Below, piece by piece: positions 43,501 to 55,499 of a stretch of DNA of 64,000 bases (positions within the stretch are counted from its first letter, which is position 1; the number at the start of each line of letters is the position of its first letter). The notes below the pieces were generated by a model. It was not told where the DNA came from and searched no databases. It worked only from the letters and a program-made list of their open reading frames with translations. The stretch is from Takakia lepidozioides (Eukaryota > Plantae > Bryophyta), in NCBI GenBank assembly GCA_030704615.1, contig CM060734.1, forward strand, positions 45,632,001 through 45,696,000, in the 5' to 3' direction. A program made the translations under genes and the position numbers.

Positions 43501-46500
43501 TTCTAACATCACCTTATACTTCTAGGATTGTAGCAGGAAGAAGCATGAAGTACTTAATCAATTTTGAATCTTGTTGGTGGTCAATTGGTAAGGTATTGAT
43601 GTTGTTCTAGGCAAGATGCAAGGGGTAGTTGAACCAGTGACACCTGCAACATGCTGTCTCCCATGTGCCATCTCCGTTGCCCCAAGCAAGATATGCGGAA
43701 ACAGATATCAGCTTTTCCCCCCTTAAGTTAAATTTCCACTCGATTTGTTTATAACTTTCTGGTAATGCAGGTAGGGGACAGCAGATTACTGTTTTCTGAA
43801 GAAAGGAAGTTGAAGATTGCGATAGCGCGAGCAGTGCTTAAGAACCCTCGTATTCTTTTACTTGATGAAGCCACCGGCAGCTTGGATGTAGAGGCTGCAC
43901 GGAGGGTGCAAGAGGCCCTTGACATCTTAATGTTGGGCAGATCGACAATAGTCATAGCCCATCGTCTGACAAGCGTTCGTAATGCGGATACGATTGCAGT
44001 TCTGGAGGAAGGACGGTTGGTGGAAATGGGAACCCATGATGAGCTGATGAGAATGGATGGGGCATATGCTGACCTAATTCGGTTGCAGGAAACAGCAAAG
44101 CCACCAAGAAGGTGATTTTCCATCCATGGCTTTGACAAATCCAGCCAGACCACCACTTGGCTGCTAGAATAGATGCGAATTGGGCTCTCGCGGGGCACAT
44201 GTCTGGGGGTTGAATCCTTTGAGAACTTGATGTTTATGCATCATTCATGAAATCCCTGTGCATAATGAAGTCTGGTGAAAAGGCTATGACAAGGTAACCT
44301 CTGGAAGGAAATGTGCTACATTCCTTCTTGTCACCTTTTGATACTGGGCAGGAGATACGTACAGCTGCATTTCTCTTCCTCACCTTCGTGATGCTTGGAG
44401 ATTACTTTTGGCTCTCTCTTACCTGCTGTTGACGACCTGCTTATTTGATGTCTTTATGCATGCAGGGCCCCTCCCAGGATGTTTGTATACCCTCCACCGC
44501 AAGAGAGTGTGTCCCCAAGCTACAGTAAGCCACCATCACCAAAAATGATAAAGTCACCTTCTCTGAAAAGACAAAATGCTGGTCGTGGATTGTCTAACTT
44601 TGAGCTCCTCAATGATTCGCCACCCCTTTTGACTAGCCCCCCTGCTGTCCAGAATCCTCCCTTAAATGGAGGTGGATTGGAAATGCAAGATATGAAGTCT
44701 GAGATGCGTGTAAAGCGACAGGACAGCTTCGAGAAGGCATACCTTGACTCTCTGCCCCAAATTGACATACATCGACAACGGCAGTTGTCAAATTCAGATA
44801 TTTCTGATCCAGAGTCCCCAGTCTCCCCTTTCTTGACTTCAGACCCACTGCACGAGCGATCCCATTCGAAGAGCTTCAGGAGATCCTTCTCTCAGATTGT
44901 TGAAATCCATCAGCAGGCAGATGAAGAGAAAATTGTCACACCATCACTCTGGAGACTAGCGAAGCTCAGCGCACCTGAGTGGTTTTGTGCGCTGTTGGGT
45001 AGCTTTGGGGCTGCTCTCTTTGGATCTTTCAGCCCACTGTTTGCATTCTTATTGGCCCTAGTGGCAGAAGTTTACTATTCTCCGGATGCAAGGGCCATGC
45101 GACGGGAGGTAGACAAGTATTGCTTGCGAGTGGCTGCAATGGGGTTGGCTACCGTTGCTGTCAACTTCTTGCAACACTTTTATTTTGGAATCCTCGGTGA
45201 GAAGATGACTGAGCGTGTGCGCCGACTCATGTTTTCAGGTAGTTTTGCACCAAATAACATTTTGCAATGCTTCATTCTCTCACTGTCTGGTGGCCTGACA
45301 GAGTCTCTTCCTGAACTTTGTTTTACCCCAGTCTGGAAATACTTTTGTTTTTGGCTAAAAGATGACCCAGAAGAGTTGCCACGGTGCTTCCGTAGCATTT
45401 GTGAGACTCTATAACAAGCAGCATACATAATTTCTCAGCAGCCAAATTTAAGCACAAGAATAACTACACCATGCCACTCACAGGCAAGAAAATATTATAT
45501 ATGAGCTTGAGGTTAGCTTATCATAGAAGTGTTTCAATGTCTTTCTATCTGGCATTATGTAGACTTTCTTTGAAATTCTGTTCCCCCTCGAGGCTTTTCT
45601 TTTCTGGCCTCCCCCTGAGGAGTATGCTACAACTTAGCTTGGATTTTCATTATACGGACACTGTCATTTTGCCTTTTCAGCAATTCTTCGGAATGAAGTT
45701 GGCTGGTTTGATAAGGAGGAAAACTGTGCCGAGCTATTGTCTATACGATTGGCCAACGATGCAACATATGTAAGGGCTGCATTCAGCAACCGGTTATCAA
45801 TCATCATCCAGGACATAACGGCTTTAATGGTGGCACTATCCTTAGCTCTGATTATGCAATGGCACCTTGGCCTGGTTGCCTTGATCACCATCCCTTTACT
45901 CGCCTTTGCTTCCATGATGCAGGTTTGTTCACCACTCAGCTTCATGACATTGGTGCAGTGGATATTTGATTTTTCTCATATCTTTTGTTTGGGATGAGTA
46001 TGTCCACTGGGCCCTGGCTGAAGTAACATTGATATCAGTGCAGGAAAGTTATATCTTTTCTCTATTGCTTTAGTTTGGCTTTGCTTCTTGTTACTATCAT
46101 TGTACTTACTTCTGGTACAACACATGGCTTAACCATGTGAGCCGTCTCATGTGCCTTAAACTGTTGGTAAAACCGTACAGCTTTTCGGTTTGTGGTTTTC
46201 TTTCTTGGCAGGAAGAGGCATTCTGATAACAGTCCTTTCCATAGGCCTTCTGGTCACGCACTCATATTGGGAAAAGAGAAAGAGATACAAACAATTGGCA
46301 TTTGAATGGAGAGGGCATGGTAAATGTTCCCTAGCATGGTCATAGTAGTATTCAGGTGACATACAATGATTTTTTTTTGCAGCATTTGTGGAACACAGGA
46401 TTCTCAGGAGATATGAGGGAGGCACACAAAAGCGCAAGACTGGTTTTGGAAGAAGCAGTAGCCAATATGCACACTGTGATGTCATTTTCGGGTGGCCTTA

Positions 46501-48395
46501 AAGTGCTAGACCTTTACCGCCAGGAGCTAAAAAAACCTCTAAGACGAAGCCTGAGAAGGGGCCAACTCTGTGGGTGCGCATTTGGTGCATCTCAGTTTGC
46601 ACTCTTTGGATGCAATGCTCTCCTGCTCTGGTATGGATCGGTAGTTCTCAGGAAACAGCCACATGCAAGTTTTCCCAACTTTCTGAGAGCTTTTCTAGTG
46701 TTGACATTCACAGCATTTACTCTGGTTGAAGCCTTTGGGCTAGGACCTCTGGTAGTGAAGCGGCGAAAGTTAGTCACACCAGTGTTCACCATCATTGACC
46801 GGCAGTCACAGATGGAGGCTGAGGAGGAAGGCTTACAACCTCCATATGTTGCAGGCCAAATTGAGTTTCAAAATGTGGACTTCAGGTATGAATTGCACAT
46901 TACTCAAAGCATATCATCAAACTTTGGAAGAGACAGAATCTACTTATTGACTGCTTCTTGGAAACTCTGGATGCTAAATGGTGGAGCCGGTTGTGGGGTC
47001 TCAGCCCACCCCCTTCCCTTCATCAAACACTGAAAAGCTAGATTTGTACTGGCCTTCAGATTACTCACTTGGAAGGACCCTTCCTTAGTGGTGTTACTAA
47101 TCTGAATTGCAGTCTCCACTTCTCTATGAAAATAAGAAAGGACTTCATAACATCCATCCATGGGTGGCCCCCAGAGCCCATGGCACAAAGTAGAGAAAAA
47201 GACAGCCCACCAGAGGCCGAAGGGACATGTAGAACAAGACAGTAGCACCGCAGAAAACAAAAATAACGTAACTCAAAGCTTAAGTGTTGATCAAAGGCAG
47301 TGTTCCCCATGCAGGTAAGGTACTTAAGTGCTGCCAGGAGAAATGACTGTCTAGAAAGACTGGTATCTGGGTGAGAGAAAGAAAGTGGTCTCTGGGGTGG
47401 GTCAGGGGAGCATGAGGCTCTACAAGTACATGGACTGGTTTAAGCCTGGTCATGAAGGAACTGATTCATCTTAAATGCTTTTATGAGTCTATAGGCTCCC
47501 TTCATAGATCTGTCCATTGCACGGAACTATGCATCTGGCCTTTCAAGTTGTTTCTTGCTTTGATGAGGACTATCTTATGTTGGCCGAGCTAAGCTTTGTT
47601 TAGTTCCTTTATGCACCAAGGGCTTGGGAAGTTGTTCTTATTTTCTCTACTGTCTTTTTATATTGTAGGTACCCAACCCAGCCGGATATTTCCATATTCG
47701 TGAACCTCAGTTTGAAAGTAGAGGCAGGGCAGACGGTAGCAGTTGTTGGATCAACAGGCTCTGGCAAGAGCACGGTCCTTGCTCTCCTTGAACGATTTTA
47801 CAAGCCTGAGAAGGGACGAATATTGATCGACGGGAGGGACGTGAAGACTCTCAATCTTCAATGGCTTCGCAATCACATTGGCCTTGTTCAGCAGGAACCA
47901 GTACTTTTTTTGTCGTCCATTCGAGATAATATTGTATATGGACGGCTTAATGCGACAGAGGCTGAAATCACTGAAGCTTCGAGAATTGCCAATGCACATC
48001 ATTTTATTAGCAGTTTACCACACGGTTACGACACCCATATTGGGATGTCTGGTTTGCAATTAAGCATAGGCCAGCGCCTCCGAATCGCAATAGCGCGTGC
48101 AGTTCTGAAGAATGCACCAATCCTTCTCCTTGATGAGCCTTCTACAGCATTAGAGGCCGAGTCTAACAGGGTCGTCCAAGAATCTGTGGAGCAGCTCATT
48201 ATGGGGAATAGAACCACTGTTGTAGTCACACACAAACTACAGTTACTAAGGCGTGTTGACATGGTGGCAGTCTTGCATGATGGACAGATTGTGGAAGAAG
48301 GCAGTCATGATGAGTTGATGAACAAGTGTGGGCCGTATGCACGGTTGATGCAGCCACAGTTTGCTAGATCTTTCAGACAGCGACAATCTCAATGA
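31548..48395 (+). CDS. ABCB20: Full-size ABCB (P-glycoprotein) transporter, ABCB6/ABCB20 clade; exons 31548-31679, 32694-32969, 33150-33204, 33449-33624, 35711-35911, 41223-41482, 41689-42008, 43077-43297, 43771-44111, 44466-45238, 45681-45922, 46383-46885, 47669-48395
   Basis: Clade-typical N-terminus [25 protein letters not shown] and linker [19 protein letters not shown]. Two TMD-NBD halves with Walker A GSNGSGKS / GSTGSGKS and Walker B LLLDE. All introns GT-AG. Confidence 0.93.
32047..32465 (+). repeat. Diverged tandem duplication (~190-230-bp units) in ABCB intron 1
   Basis: Both units begin GTAAGCTAG and share GAGCATTGT.CC.CTTACCTCCATCC. Confidence 0.65.
34380..35140 (+). mobile_element. 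Older diverged fragments of LINE family B in ABCB intron 4
   Basis: [19 protein letters not shown]-like..[10 protein letters not shown] at 34640-34927 is homologous to 42500-42790. Confidence 0.75.
36078..40939 (+). mobile_element. Full-length non-LTR retrotransposon (family A, RTE-X-like) in ABCB intron 5
   Basis: TSD TCTTATGGCA at 36068-36077 and 40940-40949. APE motifs (LATFN, QETW, GDFNAR, IVDYI, SDH), RT motifs ([30 protein letters not shown]) and a C-terminal CPLC..ED..HFL..C finger. The clade assignment is inference. Confidence 0.95.
36857..37266 (+). repeat. Three 141-bp (47-aa) tandem coding repeats inside LINE A
   Basis: Units start at 36857, 36997 and 37138; each encodes [15 protein letters not shown]. 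Confidence 0.92.
42111..42128 (+). mobile_element. 18-nt 3'-tip insertion of LINE family A with 17-bp TSD
   Basis: AACGTCTTATTAGTACAA (17/18 to 40922-40939) lies between two copies of TCTCTCTCTCACAGGCC (42094-42110 and 42129-42145). Confidence 0.88.
42142..42945 (+). mobile_element. 5'-truncated LINE family B with (CATTT)3 tail and 9-bp TSD
   Basis: Open frame [42 protein letters not shown] at 42133-42141 and 42946-42954. Confidence 0.88.
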
Positions 48396-49196
48396 TCGAC
48401 TAGAGCTTTCAAATTCTTTTTTTCATGCGTTGCCACACATGTATGGATATAGGGACTGCGCGTGCCAGTCTTCAGGGTGCTAGAACCCTCAAAGTCTCAG
48501 TATTCTCAGGATTAGGAAAGGTGAGGGTTACGCCTGCACTACAAATTCTGCAGTTGATTTAGCCATTGTATATTTGAATAATGGAATGAGGTGAGCAGCC
48601 AACCTGGGATACGATATGCCCATGGGACTCCGGGAAAAATGGTTGAATGCTGATAATCTGTTGTGATCCAAGTTATTCTATTTTTGGAACAATGTCGTTC
48701 TGTGTGTTCCGAAATTTTCCATCTGCCTTTCAATGAAGCCTTGGATTTCAATGCGAAAAACCTCGCACCAAGCAAAAGCTGGTTAGTGAATTTCTCTCTC
48801 CAATTCTCATTGCAGTCTTTCTGCATGTACACCTCTGCCAGTACACTCCTGACTTATTCAGGACGGGCCTGACTGTTTTGTTTCTTAGTCAATCTACAAT
48901 GTTTAATGTCCAAGAGTCTATTGCTTAAGACAGCCCATTGGAAGGCCAATGGACGATTGAAGGATTCAAAATTGAACCCGGGAAATTCTTCTGGAACAAG
49001 TATGGCACCCAAGATGAACACAGAAAAGAGAGCAAGGGAGGGAGAGAGGAAGGAAAGGAAGGTTTCCTAAAGAATGTGGGGCCCTCAACAAGCAGCCCAA
49101 AAATAGCTATTCAACGTCAGAGATCCTCTAAGGTGGACGGCCGTGAACACATGCTGCCAAGCATTTCTGGTCCTAGTAGAGGTAGAGCTAAAAGAA

Positions 49197-50515
49197 TGTA
49201 CTCATAAGACGTTTGGCATAGCCTTGTGGCCACTGACCCCGCGCCCAGTTTGAGCGGAACACAAAGGGACGGAAACTACGAGGGTCAAGCCTTGTGGACT
49301 TAGATTCAGATCCTTGAAAATCTCTGCTACCCTCTTCTGCCAGGACTTGGTCTGTTTGACAGGGCGATCCTGCTTCCAAGATATAGAGTCGATTAACTTA
49401 GGATATCTGAAATCAGTCATACGTTGCAGCTGACCCCACCATCTGACCTTGAATTCATCTAGTTGGTGTTTTGGAGCATGCTCACATGCACTCCTTGAGC
49501 CGGTGAAAGGGGATCATTTCAGTCCTCCAGGAGAAGTACAATGGCCTCTAGCATGGGGTCGCCACCATGCTTGATAAGCTCATTGACTATGCCATCAGGT
49601 CCACCACTGGTCCACCAGCTTTATATCCGTTGAAATGCTCAATTGCTTCCACAATCTCAGAAGACTAATGGAGGCGTTGTAACCCTTTGAAATATACTCC
49701 AGTTCAGTCTTGGATCATAGGAACGGTTTTTTCAACTATCCTTCCATTCTTCAGAAGACCCCTCACTGTTAGCTAGACCTAGAATTTTAGTAGTCCTCAG
49801 CGCTTGTACTTGCTGACAATTGTTAGGCTTGTACAGACGTTGAAGAGGGCCAACCAGAATCTCTTTGTCGTTACCAGTGCCGTGGTCTTGTCCCAATATA
49901 ATTTCTTCTGAGACCTTACAAGCTGATTGATATCCTTGCAGATCTGGTAGTACCTAGCCCACAATTCTTTGTTGACTTCAAATTGCAGCACTCTTTATAG
50001 AGGACTAGTCTCTCTATCTTGAGTTTGATCTCATTGGTCCATCTCTACCGCAGACAATGAGTTTCCTCCCCAATGATCTTGTCAACCACAGATGAGACGA
50101 AACCCTCCCAAGAATTCACCGCTATTTCGACTTCATGTCTAGACCTCAGAGAAAAGGACGGTAAGAAAGAATGTACTCATAAGACTCTTTTGCCGTAGCC
50201 TTGTGGCCATAGACCCCGCGTCCAGTGTGACGGAAAGATAGGGAATAGACACTATCTCTGTGAGGGGCTCAGACTTACCCTTGATAAAGACAATTAGTTC
50301 GGGATTTCCAGATATCCTCTAGAAAGCCCTTCACACAAGCATCAATCTGCTGAGCAGCCCAAAAGTCAGACCCCAAGAGGGCCAGGGCTTTAGGCTCAGC
50401 CTTGAGATTGTCGTTGGTGAACAGAGGTGTAGGAACCATGTTCTTGATGTCCAGGAGAGGGTTGATGTCCACTCTCTGGTGAGAATACCCGGACAATGTA
50501 TCAGAAAATGGATAT
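49197..50515 (-). mobile_element. Two decayed, internally deleted LINE family A copies
   Basis: 3' tips at about 49197 and 50170. Blocks match 40860-40939, 40040-40300, 38830-39020, 38280-38810 and 40580-40939. Confidence 0.85.
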
Positions 50516-51183
50516 TGGAGAGAGAGACAGAGTACTACCTGTAGCAAAATGGCTTCTTAACCTTGCAGACGCCCATGCAAAGGTGCCAGTAGAAAACCCA
50601 GCAAAAAATGTGCCAAGTCATTCGCCTTGCAAGCTGCATCTCATGCTGCACCATGTACCATAGATCAGCCTTGCAAAATTGTGGTGAGCATCCAGACAAT
50701 CCAGAGATCTAGCAGGTGGGTAATCTCGCGGATGTCTGAAGGCCAGAGGACCTTCAGAGGTAGCATTGCTGTGTGGAGGATGAATGAACGAGCAATCCTC
50801 CAGACAAACCTGTCATCCCTGCCAAGGATAACTGCCACGATCGACAAACTCTGCTCTCAAGAAGCTCCGTGCAAGCAAGAGAGGATCATCTTCTGCACTG
50901 CACAATCCAAGTGGGCCTCGAATTTGTTTGAGAGAAACGTGTTGTGCAAAACACCCTGTAGCCGCAAAGTGTTTGCCTTGTCGAACTTGTCCTTCCGTTC
51001 GAGGTGAGCCTGTTCCAGGCGTGTTAATGCCCTTCATCGTAATGGCCTTAAGGAAAGGCATGATGGGCTAAGTGCAAACTGTGCAAAATTGTCCGACGTC
51101 TGTTTGTGTGTGAGACGGAGAGAGAATTACCCCGTGCCTCACGCAGTACATGAGAGATTTCATGGGTATGGGACGTGTGAGAG

Positions 51184-51811
51184 AAATGGAAATGGAAATG
51201 GTGCTTTATAACGTCCGCGGAAAGCTCGTAGAGCTTATGGGACAAAATGGAAGAAAACATGAGAGAGGAACAAATCCAGAAACCACAATTAATGTTCTAG
51301 CGATTGTCTAAGGGTGAAGGCCTCGTGTAGGTAGGCTGCCAAGCATTTTTGATCCTCATAGTGAAAGACATCAGTGAGAGTTTGGGTTCCACTGAATAAA
51401 CAGTGGAATCTCCCACGGATCTCGTAGTATAGAGGGCAGTAGAAGAAGAAGTGTTCTTCAGTTTCAATTTCCTTGCTGCGCCCTATGCAAGCTGGACATA
51501 GGCGGTCCTCCCGTTGCAGGTTTTCCCATCTGCCAGTCTCTATCCGTCGGTTGTGGGAACCCACCCTGAACCGCCCCAATGCCCTCAAGTGGGAAGGAGA
51601 TAAGGGTGCTGAAAGGTAATTTGGTCTCAAGATTCTATCATCGCGGAGCACCAAGAATGTCTCTCGATAGAAGTGGAGCTTTGTTGTGAGATTGGGTAGC
51701 ATCCAAGTTCTCTTGACATGTAATTCCATAAGCTCTCTCCAAATGAGTCTGTTGCGGTCATGTCTGGATGTGATGTCCACCTCATCTGGGTTCATTGGTA
51801 ATAGGAAAGCA
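51184..51811 (-). mobile_element. 5'-truncated LINE family B copy
   Basis: ORF 51289-51795 is nearly identical to the C-terminal part of ORF 42042-42836. (CATTTC)n tail abuts TCTCTCAC. Confidence 0.88.
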
Positions 51812-51901
51812 GTAGAAAGAATGGAACAATAAACAATGGATCACAGCACTGGGGAGGGCCGCCGACTAGAGACCATGGACAGGCAATGCTGCTTCGGTCA
51901 T

Positions 51902-51992
51902 TTCATTCAGCCATATTGTTGAACATTACCTTTGCATCCTTAATGCACCCACATTTGACATACATGTCCACCAGGGCAGTCTTCAGAATGAC
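51902..51992 (-). pseudogene. Single PPR motif fragment
   Basis: VILKTALVDMYVKCGCIKDAKVMFNNMAE, same family as the relics at 1.3-4.9 kb. Confidence 0.75.
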
Positions 51993-52225
51993 ATATGATA
52001 CAATTGTCTTATTTTGTAATTGAGCTTGAATTGATGAAATCTGTGCAGTTGCCCAAAATTCTGATGATGGAGGTGGGAACAACAGGAGCTGAACCAGTAT
52101 AATAAGCGTTTCACTCGAGTCTTTCAAAGTCGCCGTCTCTGCGAGGTTCCGTTACAACCAACACACAAAAATGACGACGATGACGTGGCTGAGATGACGT
52201 GGTACTATGTGGCCAACTTGAAGAG

Positions 52226-52937
52226 AATATCCACTTTCTCATTCATTGTCACTCTCACCGGAGAGACCCTCTTCACATCCTTCAAGGGAATTGATCCTAT
52301 ACCTTTGTTTATCAACTTTGAAAATCTTGAGGCTGAGCCAACAGCCGAGGCCCTTTTGGGGTCTAGTTATTGGGCAAATCACACACAGCAGATTGATGTT
52401 CGTGTGAAGGGATTTCTAGAGTAGATATCTGGAAAACTCGGATCAATTGTCTATTCCAAGGTAAGTCATACTACTGGCATCAGCCCCTGACAAAGGCAAT
52501 TTCTGTCCCTGTGTGTTCCGCTCAAACTGGGCGCGGGTTCGATGGCCACAAGGCTACGGCAAACAATGTCTCATAAATACATTCTCTTTCCCCTACTCTC
52601 TTTCCCCATTGTCCAGGGTAATCTCACCAGAGAGTGACCCTCTTCGGGAACATCAAGAACATGGTCCTTTACCCCTGTTCAACAACTTGCACAATATCAA
52701 GGCTGAGCCTAAAGCCCTGGCCCTGGTCCTGTTGGGGCTGCTCACACAACAGATCGATGCTTATGTGAGGGCTTTCTAGAGGATATCTGGAAAGTCCAAA
52801 CTAACTGTTTATATCAAGGATAAGTCGCACTACTGGAGTGTGCCTTTCACAAAGGTAGTGTCTATTCCCTCTGTTTCCATCCAAACTGGGCGCGGGATCT
52901 ATGGTCACATATGGTAAGCGAAGTCTTATGAGTACAT
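52226..52937 (+). mobile_element. Two tandem decayed 3' fragments of LINE family A
   Basis: About 52226-52581 and 52605-52937 each align to 40580-40939 and end before TTCTCTTTCC. Confidence 0.8.
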
Positions 52938-53338
52938 TCTCTTTCCTCTACTGGAGTGAGCCCTTCACAAAGGTATGGTCTTAGCAGGCCGTGTTTCAAT
53001 CTCACCCTATTCCTGCTCTACACTAAACTAGTCTCCGACCGAACTAGATTGTGTGCACACAAAAAAAAGGGTCTATTCAAGAGTGATGTGACAACTGAGT
53101 GAAAGCCATACACATCATTATTTTTATTTTATTTTCTATTTGAAAAGGCAAACACCCCATAGAACCCAAATCCACCTGGGTGGCACTATCCAATTGAGCT
53201 ACCAACAGGTGGTTCATTACTCAAAACTAAACCATTCAAAACTGTCCATAATGCCCTGGAAGTTTTGAAATCTGTAGTAGAGGTGACAGAGGGTGCCCTG
53301 AGGGGAAAACAATTAGCATCCACGATTCTCCTACAATG

Positions 53339-54487
53339 TCAAATGCCAGTAATTCTGATTTCTGGTCTAAAGACTACGTACAGATCACCGCACCATCTTG
53401 CAAGCCGCTGACAATATTTGTCCTCGCCGGAATAAATTGCAAAGAAGTCGCGCAATAGCTTATCAGGAACTTCCGGCAACTGCCTCCATTCTCGAGTGGA
53501 GACATTCAATTCCCATAAACATGGAGTGCTCCACCCAACAACACCCAAAGCACTCCCAGCTACCACCTTGCGGCCCTGCCTTACAAAGAACATAACTTCT
53601 CACTGGAAACGATCGGGCATATGTGTCCTAATCTCCGTCCAAACTCCGGTGCCAATGTCGTAAGCAAACAACTGGTGGAAGGCAATGTACCATGGGATGG
53701 AACGGCAATCCAAACAGTAGATCATGACATACATGACGTTGCCAAATTTGGCAGTGCCTGTTGTCTTATAATGTCGCCCAGGACATTGCTTACCTAGCGT
53801 CATGTTTCTCGTCTCATTCCACGAGTTGGAGATGGAGTCGTAGACCAAAATTCTATGCATTTCAACTCCTTCGGTAGACTCTACTACAACCCTAATAAGC
53901 TTGTATCCTCCGGTACTGCTATCCATCACCAATTCATTCAGAAAACAACCATCGCTATTTTCTGGCGCTTTAGGTAAGCGTCTGCCACACTTTGAGATCG
54001 GATTGAACACGATGATGTACAAATCCCCAGGTATTGACTTCACTTCGATGGAAAACAACCCTCCATCTGTAGATACGGTGTAACCGCAACGTGATGTTGG
54101 CATATCTTTTGTGCAAGGTCTAAGGAATGTGAGGTCTATCTGGTGCCCGTTGCACATGCCACTTGCAGATGGATATAGAAACTCCATACGTCCTATGTTC
54201 TTTGCACCACCTACACCTAGAGTCAGGCCCCCCATATGAAAGATGAAGAATGGCTCTATATGATCGAGACCGACCTGGTTGTGGAGATGCAGAAAACCCG
54301 GAGTTGCTAGCAGGGATCGCCATCGCTTGCACACCATCAATAAGCGGCAAAGATTTCTGCAAGATAAGCATGCCAACACTCTGTCCAGTAAGTCGCACAG
54401 GAGCCTACTCCACACCTCACTATCCATAACCGTTGGTGGCTCAAGAGAGAGAGCGCCCAAGTAGCCACAATCCTTGAGTGGAGGCAT
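53339..54487 (-). pseudogene. Intronless F-box (kelch/FBA-like) gene with one in-frame TGA at 53600-53602
   Basis: MDSEVWSRLLCDLLDRVLACL..VCKRWRSL F-box, VFNPISK..RRLP and VYDS..NSW. The same frame continues past the stop to 53339. Confidence 0.8.
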
Positions 54488-55499
54488 CCTCACAGCCTTC
54501 CTGTCACGAACCTCTTTTCTACTCGAGACTTCAAGACTTTGTCCGATGGCCACAACTGTCAGTCGCCACCACAAACTCGCAATTTGTGAAGGAAGCAAGT
54601 GGGAGTCTAGAGACCTGCGCGCTTAAATGTATGTAAGGATACAAGACCCAAACTTGGGTTTGCATAAATATAGCACTTGGTTGTTACTAAGTTCGACACA
54701 CACTTTTATTGGTGTTGACGTAGACCAAATTTAACCCCGGCCTTGTTACTTAAAGATAAAGATAAAGTTTCTTTAACGTCCAGTGAAAGCCAATCTAGTT
54801 TGGGTTTTAGGTCTGCCATAAAAATCTTGGGTTGTAGACCAGGCTGATCAGAACAAAAAAGGATGAGCAGTATTACAGGTTTGCGTACTAGGCTTAACAT
54901 GAATTTATCTTTGTAGGATACCCAAAGTCTTTGACTGGGACATGCGAAGCTATAGTACATCAAAAGCCCCCTTTGTGGGCAGTGCCGGCTGAGTGAGAGC
55001 TTTTGGACATGAATATAGACAAAGGAGATACCTCTTCCGTCATCCATAAGCACCACCAACTAATTTGATGTTAGGCTATAGGCGCTACATGTTTCTGTTG
55101 ACATGGCGTCCGCTGCGTTGGCCGAATCCCACGTGGACATGTGGACTGCCACGTAGGCATGTTGATTGCCACATCATGTTGTTCACTGCCATGTCAGCAT
55201 GCTCATGCCACATCACCCTCACGCTCACGCCACATCAGCTGCTGGTCCCCTACGCTCGCGCCATGTCAGCATAGCGTGAGCGCACGCTCACGCTCATGCT
55301 CACGTTCACGCGGTAGCGTCGTTGATGTAGAACCTTGATAATTCATTGCTCGGAACGGTGATTTAGGAATGGGAGCTTTAAAATTAGTGTTTCATGGAAA
55401 ATGAGTCCTAGTGGATTTGTGAGTCATGAGAACCAGCATTGAAAACATCAAGATTGTCACAAATAACATGATATAGACGAGACATTTCATTTTCAGTGA

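Noticed and set aside
43790-48110. Degenerate ABC signature motifs (FSEER, LSIGQ) as a novelty or pseudogene sign
   Set aside because: Non-LSGGQ signatures are typical of the ABCB6/20 clade, and the frame is intact.
50560-51130. Minus-strand coding-like fragment
   Set aside because: Short interrupted frames with no motif I could recognise.
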